Source of the DNA: Minisyncoccota bacterium
GTDB taxonomy: Bacteria > Patescibacteriota > Minisyncoccia > Phycocordibacterales > UBA1006
Assembly: GCA_036405175.1 (NCBI GenBank)
Contig: DASWYC010000002.1
Location: 187,429 to 251,428 of the forward strand
Direction of reading: 5' to 3'
DNA: 64,000 nucleotides
Part shown: in pieces, positions 35,552 through 44,729 of the stretch
Position numbering within the stretch: the stretch's first letter is position 1
How the letters are laid out: each line of letters opens with the position of its first letter
Position numbers and translations under genes: made by a program
The notes under the pieces: model-generated
Databases searched by the model: none
Told to the model about the DNA's origin: nothing
The model's input: the letters and a program-made list of their open reading frames with translations, nothing else

Positions 35552-36427
35552 AATAATTTCTTCGTTTGAAGTTGTAAGCGGATTAAACCATTGAATATCT
35601 TGATTTCGCTTAAACCAAGTTTCTTGCCGCTTAGCATATTGGCAAATTTTGTGAAAGAGTTGTTGTTGAAATTCTTCAAGAGAAAGTTCGCCTTTAATAT
35701 ATTGAGCTGCAAGTTTGTATTCTAGGCCAAGTTCTTCACAACGCTCAAGAGTTAAAAAATTTGCATCAAGAAGTTGTTGAGCTTCTGCAATAATTGCTTC
35801 TGTGCGTTCACGTGTTGCTCGAGAATTTTTAATAAGTTCTTGATGCTCATTGCGGGGAATTGAAAGTCCAATCCATGTCCATTCAATGGGTTGAGAAAAT
35901 TTAACGGGAATTTTTGCAGGAATTGTACCCATATGGTCAATAATTGAAAGTGCACGAATCATGCGATCACGATTAGTTGTATCAATCGAAAGGGCAAGAA
36001 TAGGATCGAGCTTACGCACATGCTCTTTAATTTCTTCAGTAGATAGGGAAGTATATTTTTCTAATGTATTATCAGAAACTTCTGGAACGTCGGGCAACAT
36101 TTCTTTAATAAATGCATCAATATAAAATCCAGTACCGCCAACAATAATCGGAGTAATATTGCGTGCCATACAATCTTCAATCACCACATGTGCTTGTGTT
36201 GCAACATCAACCACTGATGCGCGGTATGATGGTTCAAAAATATCAATCAAATGATGAGGGATTTCCTGCGTTTCTTCGGGGGTGACTTTTGCCGTTCCGA
36301 TATTTAAGTATTTATAGATTTGACGAGAATCAGCAGAAATAATCTCGCCATGCACTTTTTTAGCGAGTTCAATACCAAGGTTTGTTTTTCCGGTTGCGGT
36401 TGCACCGCATATAACATAGCCGATCAT
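35534..36427 (-). CDS. miaA: tRNA dimethylallyltransferase
   Basis: P-loop VICGATATGKT, then ...ISADSRQIYKYLNIGTAKVT and HHLIDI. The track start at 36439 is TTG, and an ATG (MIGYVICG) lies at 36427. Confidence 0.9.
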   Translation of the reverse strand: MIGYVICGATATGKTNLGIELAKKVHGEIISADSRQIYKYLNIGTAKVTPEETQEIPHHLIDIFEPSYRASVVDVATQAHVVIEDCMARNITPIIVGGTGFYIDAFIKEMLPDVPEVSDNTLEKYTSLSTEEIKEHVRKLDPILALSIDTTNRDRMIRALSIIDHMGTIPAKIPVKFSQPIEWTWIGLSIPRNEHQELIKNSRATRERTEAIIAEAQQLLDANFLTLERCEELGLEYKLAAQYIKGELSLEEFQQQLFHKICQYAKRQETWFKRNQDIQWFNPLTTSNEEIIKSLIQ

Positions 36428-36428
36428 A

Positions 36429-36875
36429 TTATCGTCCAATCAACTTTTTAAGACGATCAATCATGCGAGAATCCTCACGCTTTTTAATTGCTTGGCGTTT
36501 ATCGTACAGCTTTTTACCTTTTGCAAGTGCACATGAAAGCACAATACGTTGACCCTGCAAACCAATTGCAAGTGGCACAAGGGTGAGTCCACCTTCTTTG
36601 CGCTTGCGAGCAAACTCAAGAAGCTCATCTTTGGTTAAGAGAAGCTCGCGGTCACGATATTGCATTTGTTCTGACGTTTTAATTTGATATCCAGGGATGA
36701 ATGCCTTAGTAAGGTACATGCGTCCATGCTTTTCGGTAATATATGAACCAGCTAGTTTTGCACGACCGTTTCTGAGGCTGCGCACCTCACTACCAAGAAG
36801 CTTCATGCCGGCGGTGAAGGTTTCGATAATGTCATAGTGGTGCCCCACACCTTGATTTTCTATGATTGGTTTCAT
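36429..36875 (-). CDS. smpB: SsrA-binding protein SmpB
   Basis: 148 aa. YDIIETFTAGMKLLGSEVRSLR...KLAGSYI... and the basic C-terminal tail typical of SmpB. Confidence 0.9.
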   Translation of the reverse strand: MKPIIENQGVGHHYDIIETFTAGMKLLGSEVRSLRNGRAKLAGSYITEKHGRMYLTKAFIPGYQIKTSEQMQYRDRELLLTKDELLEFARKRKEGGLTLVPLAIGLQGQRIVLSCALAKGKKLYDKRQAIKKREDSRMIDRLKKLIGR

Positions 36876-36979
36876 GAGAATACTTTATCATAATTGAGGG
36901 TAAATTGACAGTTGTTTAAATATGTGATAAATAATAATTAAATTAACATAAAAATAAACAATTTTAACAAAATATACTT

Positions 36980-37594
36980 ATGAAATTAAAAGATATCCAG
37001 CATTATTTTTTGCTAAAAGAACCAATGGCTGAAAAGTCCAACGAAGAGATTATTAAAATAATTGAAAGCGATTCGACTCCTAATCTAAATGGTATAGCAT
37101 TCTGGCAACTATCTACGTATGGGATTAAGCAGCTTCCACTAAGCCTTAAGTTTTATTCACCAGATTTTCCGAAAAGAATATGGACACTTTTGGATCTTTT
37201 GGTTGAAGTGGAGGATTCAGAAATTGATAATCTCTTCGGAATAAGACAAACCGAGGTTGTGTATGATCCGATAACAAAGGTTTCAAATCCGCACTATATG
37301 ACGTCCGTTAGGCTTACAAAGGTGCAAAATATCGACACCGAGTGTACGCTTATAACGATCGTACAAAAAGGTGATAACCTTTTTTCTGCCATTCTCAATG
37401 AAAGTCCATCTTCAAGGCTGGAAAAAGGAAAAGTTTTTGGTGGTCATATGGTGCCTGAAGTTATTGCCATTGCTCGAGCACTAAAGACAGGGAACTGTAG
37501 TATTTTAAGTCCGGAAGACATAGTTTATGGGGATAAAATTCCAATAACATACCTACGCACTATTGAAGGTGTGGTTGCATCAAATGTCGCCTAA
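36980..37594 (+). CDS. Hypothetical protein (204 aa)
   Basis: ORF with an ATG start. It is not adk or map as the ribosomal-operon context would predict. Confidence 0.45.
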   Translation: MKLKDIQHYFLLKEPMAEKSNEEIIKIIESDSTPNLNGIAFWQLSTYGIKQLPLSLKFYSPDFPKRIWTLLDLLVEVEDSEIDNLFGIRQTEVVYDPITKVSNPHYMTSVRLTKVQNIDTECTLITIVQKGDNLFSAILNESPSSRLEKGKVFGGHMVPEVIAIARALKTGNCSILSPEDIVYGDKIPITYLRTIEGVVASNVA

Positions 37595-37657
37595 CCTAAA
37601 AAGAATATGTAATTTTAAGAATCAGTCCGAATTCGTTGTGGATTTGGGCTTTTTTCT

Positions 37658-37686
37658 TGACTATTTTCAAAAAAAGCATTATATTA
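37658..37686 (+). promoter_or_regulatory. Sigma70-like promoter (TTGACT-17-TATATT) for the infA-rpmJ-rpsM-rpsK-rpsD-rpoA-rplQ-rplM-rpsI operon
   Basis: -35 TTGACT at 37658-37663, a 17-nt spacer, -10 TATATT at 37681-37686, and the infA ATG at 37700. Confidence 0.45.
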
Positions 37687-37699
37687 TACCCATTCCGTA

Positions 37700-38038
37700 A
37701 TGAGTACTGAAGAACCTAACAACATAATCACTGGCGTCGTTGTAGAAGCGTTACCAAACGCTATGTTTCGCGTTCTATTAGATCAGCAAAACGAACCTGC
37801 AACCACCGTAGTAGACACTTCTGCGGGGTCAGACAATACCAGCGAAACAGATGCTGTAACCTCTGGGTCACCTAAGCGTGAACCTATCGTTGCGTATCTT
37901 GCGGGGAAAATGAAATTTCACCGTATTCGCGTTATAGTGGGTGATAGTGTTGATGTGCTCCTCGATTCATACGGAGGAAAAGGCCGAATCGTTCGTCGAC
38001 ATTCGATGCCTGACAAACGTATTACGAATAAAAAATAA
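37700..38038 (+). CDS. infA: Translation initiation factor IF-1 with a roughly 28-aa Ser/Thr/Asp-rich insertion
   Basis: GVVVEALPNAMFRVLL...VAYLAGKMKFHRIRVIVGDSVDVLLDSYGGKGRIVRR aligns with E. coli IF-1 (GTVLETLPNTMFRV...[36 protein letters not shown]). The extra segment is PATTVVDTSAGSDNTSETDAVTSGSPKR. Confidence 0.8.
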   Translation: MSTEEPNNIITGVVVEALPNAMFRVLLDQQNEPATTVVDTSAGSDNTSETDAVTSGSPKREPIVAYLAGKMKFHRIRVIVGDSVDVLLDSYGGKGRIVRRHSMPDKRITNKK

Positions 38039-38103
38039 TCGTATAACCGAGTTTTTACACAAAAGCTCAGGTTTTTTGTGTTTAAACTCTCATATATTTA
38101 ATT

Positions 38104-38220
38104 ATGAAAGTTGTTTCATCACTTAAAGCGGTGACGAAAGACGATAAGATAGTTCGTAGACGTGGTCGCCTTTACAGAATTAACAAAAAAAATCCTCGTC
38201 GCAAAGCGCGACAGGGATAG
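38104..38220 (+). CDS. rpmJ: 50S ribosomal protein bL36
   Basis: 38-aa [41 protein letters not shown]. It matches L36 (MKVRASVKK.C..CKI.RR.G...V.C...P.HKQRQG), is below the ORF-track size cutoff, and sits in the canonical infA-rpmJ-rpsM position. The Zn-binding Cys residues are replaced. Confidence 0.8.
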   Translation: MKVVSSLKAVTKDDKIVRRRGRLYRINKKNPRRKARQG

Positions 38221-38231
38221 CATAATCATCT

Positions 38232-38612
38232 ATGCGTATTCTTGGAATTAATATTCCTGATAACAAGAGACTTGAATATGCTTTGACTGCTGTATATGGA
38301 ATCGGGCTTTCTCGCGCGCAAAAGATCCTTAAAGAGGTGAAGATTGATGCAGGAGCTAAAGCCGCTGACCTTTCTACTGAGGAAGAAAATAACATTCGTG
38401 CTCAGATTGAAGGAATGGTTCTAGAAGGAGACCTTCGTCGTGAAGTAAGTCAAACTATCAAACGTCTCAAAGACATTGGAAGCTTCCGTGGTTCACGCCA
38501 CGCACATGGCCTTCCAACGCGTGGACAACGCACCAAAACAAATTCCCGAACTGTTCGCGGTAACAAGCGATCAACCATGGGATCTGGTCGAAGAAAGGTT
38601 GAGAAAACCTAG
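38232..38612 (+). CDS. rpsM: 30S ribosomal protein uS13
   Basis: MRILGINIPDNKRLEYALTAVYGIGLSRAQKIL... and the basic C-terminal tail. Confidence 0.95.
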   Translation: MRILGINIPDNKRLEYALTAVYGIGLSRAQKILKEVKIDAGAKAADLSTEEENNIRAQIEGMVLEGDLRREVSQTIKRLKDIGSFRGSRHAHGLPTRGQRTKTNSRTVRGNKRSTMGSGRRKVEKT

Positions 38613-38636
38613 GATTAACATAAATCTCTATTTACT

Positions 38637-39071
38637 ATGGGAAAAAAACGTATTGTTAAACAATCAGGACAACGTGCCAACAGCTCACTTAAAAACCGTG
38701 CGCTCTCACGTTTGCCAAAAACCAAGCTTGCACAGGGAATTCTCTCTATTCAAGCAACCTATAACAACACCATCGTTTCTTTGACCGATAAAAATGGTAA
38801 TGCTCTCACCGCTTCTTCATCAGGCGCCCTTGGATTTAAGGGAGCTAAGAAGGGAACTCCGTTTGCTGCGGCAAAAGTTGGAGAACTCATCGGAGAGAAA
38901 GCACAACTTATTGGAATCAAAGAAGTTGATGTAGTAGTTAAAGGAGTTGGATCTGGTCGAGAATCAGTAATCCGAGCATTTTCTGGTCAGGGGATCGATA
39001 TCACTTCAATTAGTGATAAGACTCCAGTTCCTCACAACGGGGTACGACCACCAAAAGCTCGTCGCGTGTAA
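38637..39071 (+). CDS. rpsK: 30S ribosomal protein uS11
   Basis: IQATYNNTIVSLTDKNGNALTASSSGALGFKGAKKGTPFAA...VRPPKARRV. Confidence 0.95.
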   Translation: MGKKRIVKQSGQRANSSLKNRALSRLPKTKLAQGILSIQATYNNTIVSLTDKNGNALTASSSGALGFKGAKKGTPFAAAKVGELIGEKAQLIGIKEVDVVVKGVGSGRESVIRAFSGQGIDITSISDKTPVPHNGVRPPKARRV

Positions 39072-39074
39072 TAT

Positions 39075-39689
39075 ATGCCGATACTTAAAAAATATAAGGT
39101 GTGTCGCCGCATGGGGGTAGGTCTCTATGAGAAATGCCAGACCAAGCAATTTGCGGATTCTGTTGAACGCATTCGCTCAAATAAAAAGAGTGCACCAAAG
39201 CGTCAATCAGACTTTGCAAAGCAGCACCTTGAAAAGCAAAAAGCACGTTTTATGTACGGAGTATCAGAAAAGCAATTTTCTGGTTATGTGCAAGAAGCGC
39301 TTGAAAAAGCAATGAAGCACAAGAGTACGCCTGCTCTTTACGTATTTCAAAAACTTGAAACACGTTTGGATAACACGGTATACCGCCTTGGCCTTGCAAA
39401 ATCACGCAGAATGGCGCGCCAGCTTGTATCACACGGTCACATTGCTGTGAACGGACGCAAGCTCACCATTCCTTCTTACTCTGTTAAGCAAGATGATCTT
39501 ATTGAAGTTCGTGAAGGCAGTAAGTCATCAAAACTATTCCTTGAAATCGAAGAAAGTCTTAAAGCGAATAAATCACCTGAATGGGTACTCTGGGATGCTA
39601 AATTCAAATCAGCAACCGTTAAGGGTTCTCCTTCTAATCCCGATCCTCTCTTAAACTTCCAAGCTGTGATTGAATATTATTCACGATAA
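39075..39689 (+). CDS. rpsD: 30S ribosomal protein uS4
   Basis: RLDNTVYRLGLAKSRRMARQLVSHGHIAVNGRKLTIPSY (S4 domain). Confidence 0.95.
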   Translation: MPILKKYKVCRRMGVGLYEKCQTKQFADSVERIRSNKKSAPKRQSDFAKQHLEKQKARFMYGVSEKQFSGYVQEALEKAMKHKSTPALYVFQKLETRLDNTVYRLGLAKSRRMARQLVSHGHIAVNGRKLTIPSYSVKQDDLIEVREGSKSSKLFLEIEESLKANKSPEWVLWDAKFKSATVKGSPSNPDPLLNFQAVIEYYSR

Positions 39690-39723
39690 TAGTTGTTCTT
39701 TATTAAGTAATTATATAAACACT

Positions 39724-40713
39724 ATGATTGATACCCAAATTCTTTTGCCTTCAAAGTATCATGTGATCAAAACATCTGCACATGAAGGAGTTTTCTCTGT
39801 AGAAGGTCTTTATCCGGGTTACGGTCACACGCTTGGTAACTCACTTCGAAGAATCATTCTTTCTTCAATGAAGGGAACCGCGGTAACACGCATCAAAATT
39901 ACTGATGCACCTCACGAATTCACTACGATTGAAGGAATCAAAGAAGACGTAATGTCTATCATCCTCAATCTTAAAAAGGCACGCTTTGGATTTGTTGGAG
40001 ATGAGCCTCAAACGCTTACTCTTTCAATTAAAGGAGCACAAACCGTAACAGCTGGATCATTCACCAAGAATGGATCAGTTGAAATTCTTACTCCAGATCA
40101 ATATATCTGTGAACTTACTACCAAAACTGCAAAGCTTGATCTTGAGATCACGCTTGAAAAGGGAATTGGATTTGTTACCAGTGATCTTATGAGTAAGGAG
40201 AAAATCCCAGTAGGCACCATGGTGCTTGATGCGGTATTCTCACCGGTGAAAAAAGTGAGCTACGAGGTAGATGATATGCGTGTTGGTAATCGCGTTGACT
40301 ACAACCGATTGTCTATCACCATTCAAACCGACGGAAGCGTTACTCCAGAAGAAGTATTTAAGGAATCTGTACACATCATGATTAATCAGTTGCGTGCAGT
40401 ACTTGAACTCTCTCTTGAAGAAATGCCTCAGAAGAAAGAATCATCAGATATTCTTGCATCAATTGGAACATCTGCAGAACCAGCGTCTGCATTTAGCCAA
40501 GATGAAATGAATGATCTTTTGAAGACAAGAATTGAATCACTTTCACTTTCTGCACGAACACAAAACATTCTCTCAGATTCTAATATTAGAACTCTTGGAG
40601 GATTGGTGCGAAAGTCTGAAGCTGATCTTCTTGAATTGCCAGGTTTCGGGCAAAAGGCGCTTGATGAGATTATCGAAGCACTCGCTCAGAAAAATCTCAA
40701 ATTGCGTGATTAA
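39724..40713 (+). CDS. rpoA: DNA-directed RNA polymerase subunit alpha
   Basis: [26 protein letters not shown]... is the N-terminal domain, and the alpha-CTD has [13 protein letters not shown]. The ATG at 39724 is preferred over the track start at 39670, which overlaps rpsD. A TATATA -10 lies 6 nt upstream. Confidence 0.9.
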   Translation: [329 protein letters not shown]

Positions 40714-40736
40714 TAGCTAAGAAAGCACTAATTGAT

Positions 40737-41087
40737 ATGCGACATCATCACGGACAACGAGTCTTTTCACTACGGCCAGACACCGCAACTCTTATGCGCT
40801 CTCTTGCCCGTGAACTTATAGTGCGCAATTCTATCAACACCACGCTTGCAAAAGCAAAGGAATTGCGTCCGTTCATTGAACGACTCGTAACACACGCAAA
40901 GAAAGATACTATCCATACGCTTCGTCTTACCCGAGCATTCTTGCATAACGATGTAGTTATTGCGAAGAAGCTTGCAGCGAAGAGTAAGGTATTCGAAGGT
41001 CGAAACGGAGGTTACACCCGTATTACTAAAACTGGACGACGAACTTCTGATGGGGCACAAATGGCTCAGATCGAGTTTGTTGACTAA
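40737..41087 (+). CDS. rplQ: 50S ribosomal protein bL17
   Basis: MRHHHGQRVFSLRPDTATLMRSLAREL... and GGYTRITKTGRR. Confidence 0.9.
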   Translation: MRHHHGQRVFSLRPDTATLMRSLARELIVRNSINTTLAKAKELRPFIERLVTHAKKDTIHTLRLTRAFLHNDVVIAKKLAAKSKVFEGRNGGYTRITKTGRRTSDGAQMAQIEFVD

Positions 41088-41090
41088 TGT

Positions 41091-41441
41091 ATGAATATCT
41101 CAATGATTACCATTGATGCAGCCGGTAAAAAACTTGGACGTCTTGCGACTGAAATTGCAGTAGCACTTCGTCGTAAGGACAGCGCAGATTTTGCTCCGCA
41201 AGAAATGCCGCAAGTTATGGTTACCGTTAAGAATGCATCAAAAATTGACATGTCAGACAAGAAAGGCGAGCACAAACTTAAGTCATATTCTGGATATCCA
41301 GGAGGACTTAAAGAAGAAACTGCCGCTCACTTGATTATGCGACGTGGCATCAAGCCGGTACTTGAGCATGCAGTGTCGGGTATGCTTCCTAAAAACAAAC
41401 TTCGTCAGCGTTTTATTCAAATGCTTACGATTGAAGACTAA
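41091..41441 (+). CDS. rplM: 50S ribosomal protein uL13
   Basis: IDAAGKKLGRLATEIAVALRRK... and GMLPKNKLRQ. Confidence 0.9.
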   Translation: MNISMITIDAAGKKLGRLATEIAVALRRKDSADFAPQEMPQVMVTVKNASKIDMSDKKGEHKLKSYSGYPGGLKEETAAHLIMRRGIKPVLEHAVSGMLPKNKLRQRFIQMLTIED

Positions 41442-41443
41442 TT

Positions 41444-41950
41444 ATGGATGAACTCAATAAGCAAGCTGAACAAGACGCCGCTCTTGATGCACTTGAAACC
41501 ATGAATGCTCCTGAAGAAATTGTTTTTGAAGGAAAAGACATTGTTATCAAAGAGCTCAAGAAAGGAGAATATGTAGAAGCAGTAGGACGCCGTAAAACAG
41601 CATCTGCTCGCGTACGTATTTTCTCTGGCAAAGGTAAAAAGCTTACCGTTAACGACCAGGATTACCAAAAATACTTCAAGAATCTTATTGAATGGAAGGC
41701 CGTAATGGAGCCACTTTCAAAGACGAAGATTGATGGCGTAGAGATCACCGCTCATGTTATGGGAGGTGGAGCTCACGCTCAGGCTGAAGGAATTGCACTT
41801 GCAATTGCACGTGCTTTGACCAAGCTTTCACCAGAATATCGCGGCGTTCTTAAAAAACTTGGACTTCTTAAACGAGATCCTCGTAAAAAGGAACGCAAGA
41901 AATTTGGACTCAAAGCAGCGCGTAAAGCGTCACAATGGGCAAAGCGTTAA
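41444..41950 (+). CDS. rpsI: 30S ribosomal protein uS9
   Basis: GRRKTASARVRIFSGKGKKLTVN... and GGGAHAQAEGIALAIARAL...RDPRKKERKKFGLKAARKASQWAKR. Confidence 0.95.
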   Translation: MDELNKQAEQDAALDALETMNAPEEIVFEGKDIVIKELKKGEYVEAVGRRKTASARVRIFSGKGKKLTVNDQDYQKYFKNLIEWKAVMEPLSKTKIDGVEITAHVMGGGAHAQAEGIALAIARALTKLSPEYRGVLKKLGLLKRDPRKKERKKFGLKAARKASQWAKR

Positions 41951-41980
41951 TTTGGATTGCAGACATGTATATGGATGCGC

Positions 41981-42005
41981 AAAAAACACCTTCGGGTGTT
42001 TTTTG
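41981..42005 (+). terminator. Intrinsic terminator after the ribosomal operon
   Basis: aaaaaacacc-ttcg-ggtgtttttt, nested inside an outer ggatgc/gcatcc stem. Confidence 0.8.
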
Positions 42006-42080
42006 TTTTGAGTGCATCCGTTTGACTTTTTAAGTGATATGTGAGATTTTATAAGTTGTAAATCTTAAAAATTTATTACT

Positions 42081-42374
42081 ATGAAAATCGAAAATACTTT
42101 AGGAAGTCCTCCTAATATTAGATCTGATCAGCAGCCTTTATTGGACGCTTTTACATCAGGTAGAATAATCAAACAGATAACGTATCACAGTGTAACGTCT
42201 TCTGGTAAGACAAAATATGTGACCAGATATAATTTTTACGCCCATAGATACATCGCAAACTATAGTACAACTGGAGGGGTGAGGCGGGATCTCGTTCAGG
42301 GTTTGCCGCCAACAAAAAAACATCCAAAAAGAACACAGTTTTGCATGGATGAGGTGTCATCATTCCAGATTTAG
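42081..42374 (+). CDS. Hypothetical small protein (97 aa)
   Basis: ORF with its own strong terminator immediately downstream. Confidence 0.4.
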   Translation: MKIENTLGSPPNIRSDQQPLLDAFTSGRIIKQITYHSVTSSGKTKYVTRYNFYAHRYIANYSTTGGVRRDLVQGLPPTKKHPKRTQFCMDEVSSFQI

Positions 42375-42393
42375 ATTGTAAGAATTTTTCTGA

Positions 42394-42420
42394 AGCCCGC
42401 CACAGTTAATTGGCGGGTTT
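42394..42420 (+). terminator. Intrinsic terminator
   Basis: cccgcc-acagttaatt-ggcggg followed by ttttt. Confidence 0.75.
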
Positions 42421-43509
42421 TTGGTTTGTAGTACAATAGATACACTTATGCTTACACCATTTGCTTCGGTATTTCTGCCGTCCATTATTACTTTTTTCGT
42501 TGCAGTTCTCTTGGTTGAGCCTTTTACAACATTTTTATACAAGCATCGTCTCTGGAAAAAAACGAGGCGCGAAGATAATAACCCTGATGAAATTTCTCAG
42601 GCATATATGCAGATTCATGATGGCGCTAAAGAAGTTAAAACACCTCGCATGGGTGGAATGCTGATTTGGCTTTCAGTGCTTGCGGTTGTAATACTGTTTT
42701 TCTTGTTGCCATCAGTCGCTCCTAATGATGCGATTACGCGTTTGAACGTGCTCAGTAAAGAGCAGACGCTTATGGTTGCACTTGGATTCTTTGCAGGTGC
42801 ACTCATTGGACTTATTGATGATCTTACGAGTGTAAAAGTTATCGTTGGGAAGTTCTTTGAACATGGTATTCCTCGTTGGCTCTTTTTTACTATTATGTTT
42901 GCCGTAGCTATTGCTTCTGGGTGGTGGCTTTTTGCAAAGCTTGGGATGACAACACTTCTTATTCCGCTCATGGGAACTATTAGTATTGGCTGGCTTATCA
43001 TTCCACTTTTTGTGATTGTGATGCTCGGGCTGTTCTCGAGCGGTGTGATTGATGGAATTGATGGTCTTGCTGGCGGTGTGATGACGATTATTTATGCAGC
43101 ATACGGTGTAATTGCACTCTTGCAAGCACAGTATGATTTGGCAGGGTTCTTGTTTGCCATCATGGCAGCACTGTTGGTATTTTTATGGTTCAATATTCCG
43201 CCAGCTCGTTTTTATTTGGGAGAAACGGGGATGCTTGCGCTGACCATGGGTCTTGCATATGCGGTATTTATTACTAAGCAAGTAGTAGTATTGATTATTA
43301 TTGCATTACCGCTGGTTGCAACATCCCTTTCATCACTTATTCAAATTTATTCAAAAAAATATTTGGGCAAGAAAGTATTTAAGGTAGCACCACTCCATCA
43401 TCATTTTCAGGCTATTGGATGGACGAATGAAAAGGTGGTAATGCGTTACTGGGTAGTAACTATTGCCTGTGCAATTATTGGAATTGCACTTACACAATTG
43501 GTGGTATAA
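42421..43509 (+). CDS. mraY: Phospho-N-acetylmuramoyl-pentapeptide transferase
   Basis: KTPRMGG, the DD motif (LIGLIDDLTSVK) and GVIDGIDGLAGG are present, with about 10 TM helices. Confidence 0.85.
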   Translation: MVCSTIDTLMLTPFASVFLPSIITFFVAVLLVEPFTTFLYKHRLWKKTRREDNNPDEISQAYMQIHDGAKEVKTPRMGGMLIWLSVLAVVILFFLLPSVAPNDAITRLNVLSKEQTLMVALGFFAGALIGLIDDLTSVKVIVGKFFEHGIPRWLFFTIMFAVAIASGWWLFAKLGMTTLLIPLMGTISIGWLIIPLFVIVMLGLFSSGVIDGIDGLAGGVMTIIYAAYGVIALLQAQYDLAGFLFAIMAALLVFLWFNIPPARFYLGETGMLALTMGLAYAVFITKQVVVLIIIALPLVATSLSSLIQIYSKKYLGKKVFKVAPLHHHFQAIGWTNEKVVMRYWVVTIACAIIGIALTQLVV

Positions 43510-43513
43510 ACAT

Positions 43514-44665
43514 ATGCGCATTAAGAACGTCTTCATCTACAAACCATTTTTTATAACCTTCCTGGTAATCTTAGGTTTGGGATTTTTGGTGTTCTTGTCG
43601 AGTTTGTTCTCGGTGCTTTCAGAAAGTAAACAGCTTTTCTTTGAGATTCTTATTTCTCAAGTTGCAATGGGACTCATTGGTGGTGCCTTAGTTGGATGGG
43701 TACTGTTTTATATCCCACCACGATTCTATGAAAAGGTTGCATATCCATTATTTATCTTTGCAGTAGTATTGTCACTCTTAGTATTTATTCCTGGTCTTGG
43801 AGTGTATCATGGAGGGGCTCATCGATGGCTTAATCTTGGATTTACTACATTCCAGCCGGGAGAACTTTTAAAAGTTGCGGCTATCTTGGCATTTGCAAAG
43901 TTCTTTTCAACACGCGTACCACGCATTCATCATAAAAAACATGCTGAAGAAGAGGTGTCGGAGAAATCAAGTTGGAAAGAAATGTTTTTACCCCTTGCAA
44001 CTATGCTGTGTGTTTTGGCAGGAATCTTTTTGGGTCAACGTGATACAGACAACTTAGTGGTAATTTCAAGCGCCCTGATTATTATGTACTTTGTGTGGGG
44101 TGCACCACTTAAACATTTTGGTGCATTGTTAATCGGAGGAATTGCCTCACTTGGAGCATTGGTACTGGCGCGTCCATATGTATTAGCGCGCTTTAAAACA
44201 TTCTGGAGTCCAGAAATTGATCCATTAGGGGCATCGTATCAGGTACGCCAGTCCTTGATTGCAATTGGAAGCGGAGGACTTTGGGGTAAGGGATATGGAA
44301 TGAGTATTCAAAAGTTTAGTTATTTGCCTGAACCATTAGGGGACTCAATTTTTGCTGTGATTGGGGAAGAGTTTGGGTTTATTGGAACAATTCTCCTGAT
44401 TACGCTCTTTATTCTCTTTTTATATTTTGGTATGCGCCAATTACGATTTATCCATGGAAACTTTGAGCGACTGGTAATCATTGGAGTTATTTGTGGCATT
44501 GTGATGCAGGCATTTTTGAATATTGGTGGGGTGATTCAGATTTTCCCAATGGCAGGAAACGCGTTGCCGTTTGTGAGTCAGGGAGGAACTGCACTCTTCT
44601 TGCATATTGCATCTATTGGAATGATTTTGGGGTTAGTATCGCATAATGCACGAGGGAAGATTTAA
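43514..44665 (+). CDS. ftsW: SEDS-family peptidoglycan glycosyltransferase FtsW/RodA
   Basis: GGAHRWLNLGFTTFQPGELLKVAAILAFA..., SQGGTA... and the polytopic layout. The track start at 43463 is TTG, and an ATG lies at 43514. Confidence 0.85.
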   Translation: MRIKNVFIYKPFFITFLVILGLGFLVFLSSLFSVLSESKQLFFEILISQVAMGLIGGALVGWVLFYIPPRFYEKVAYPLFIFAVVLSLLVFIPGLGVYHGGAHRWLNLGFTTFQPGELLKVAAILAFAKFFSTRVPRIHHKKHAEEEVSEKSSWKEMFLPLATMLCVLAGIFLGQRDTDNLVVISSALIIMYFVWGAPLKHFGALLIGGIASLGALVLARPYVLARFKTFWSPEIDPLGASYQVRQSLIAIGSGGLWGKGYGMSIQKFSYLPEPLGDSIFAVIGEEFGFIGTILLITLFILFLYFGMRQLRFIHGNFERLVIIGVICGIVMQAFLNIGGVIQIFPMAGNALPFVSQGGTALFLHIASIGMILGLVSHNARGKI

Positions 44666-44729
44666 AGTGAGATGAATTTCGTTTCAATCGTAAAGGGTGG
44701 CAGGAATTTACCCATGATATAATGGCGAT

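Noticed and set aside
39670-39723. The rpoA start at 39670 given by the ORF track, along with several other track starts: 13319-15106, 24083-24385, 24366-25868, 35534-36439, 43463 and 59875.
   Set aside because: These track starts are TTG or GTG codons overlapping upstream genes or terminators. In-frame ATGs a short distance downstream sit at the expected distance from -10 boxes and match the N-termini of homologs.
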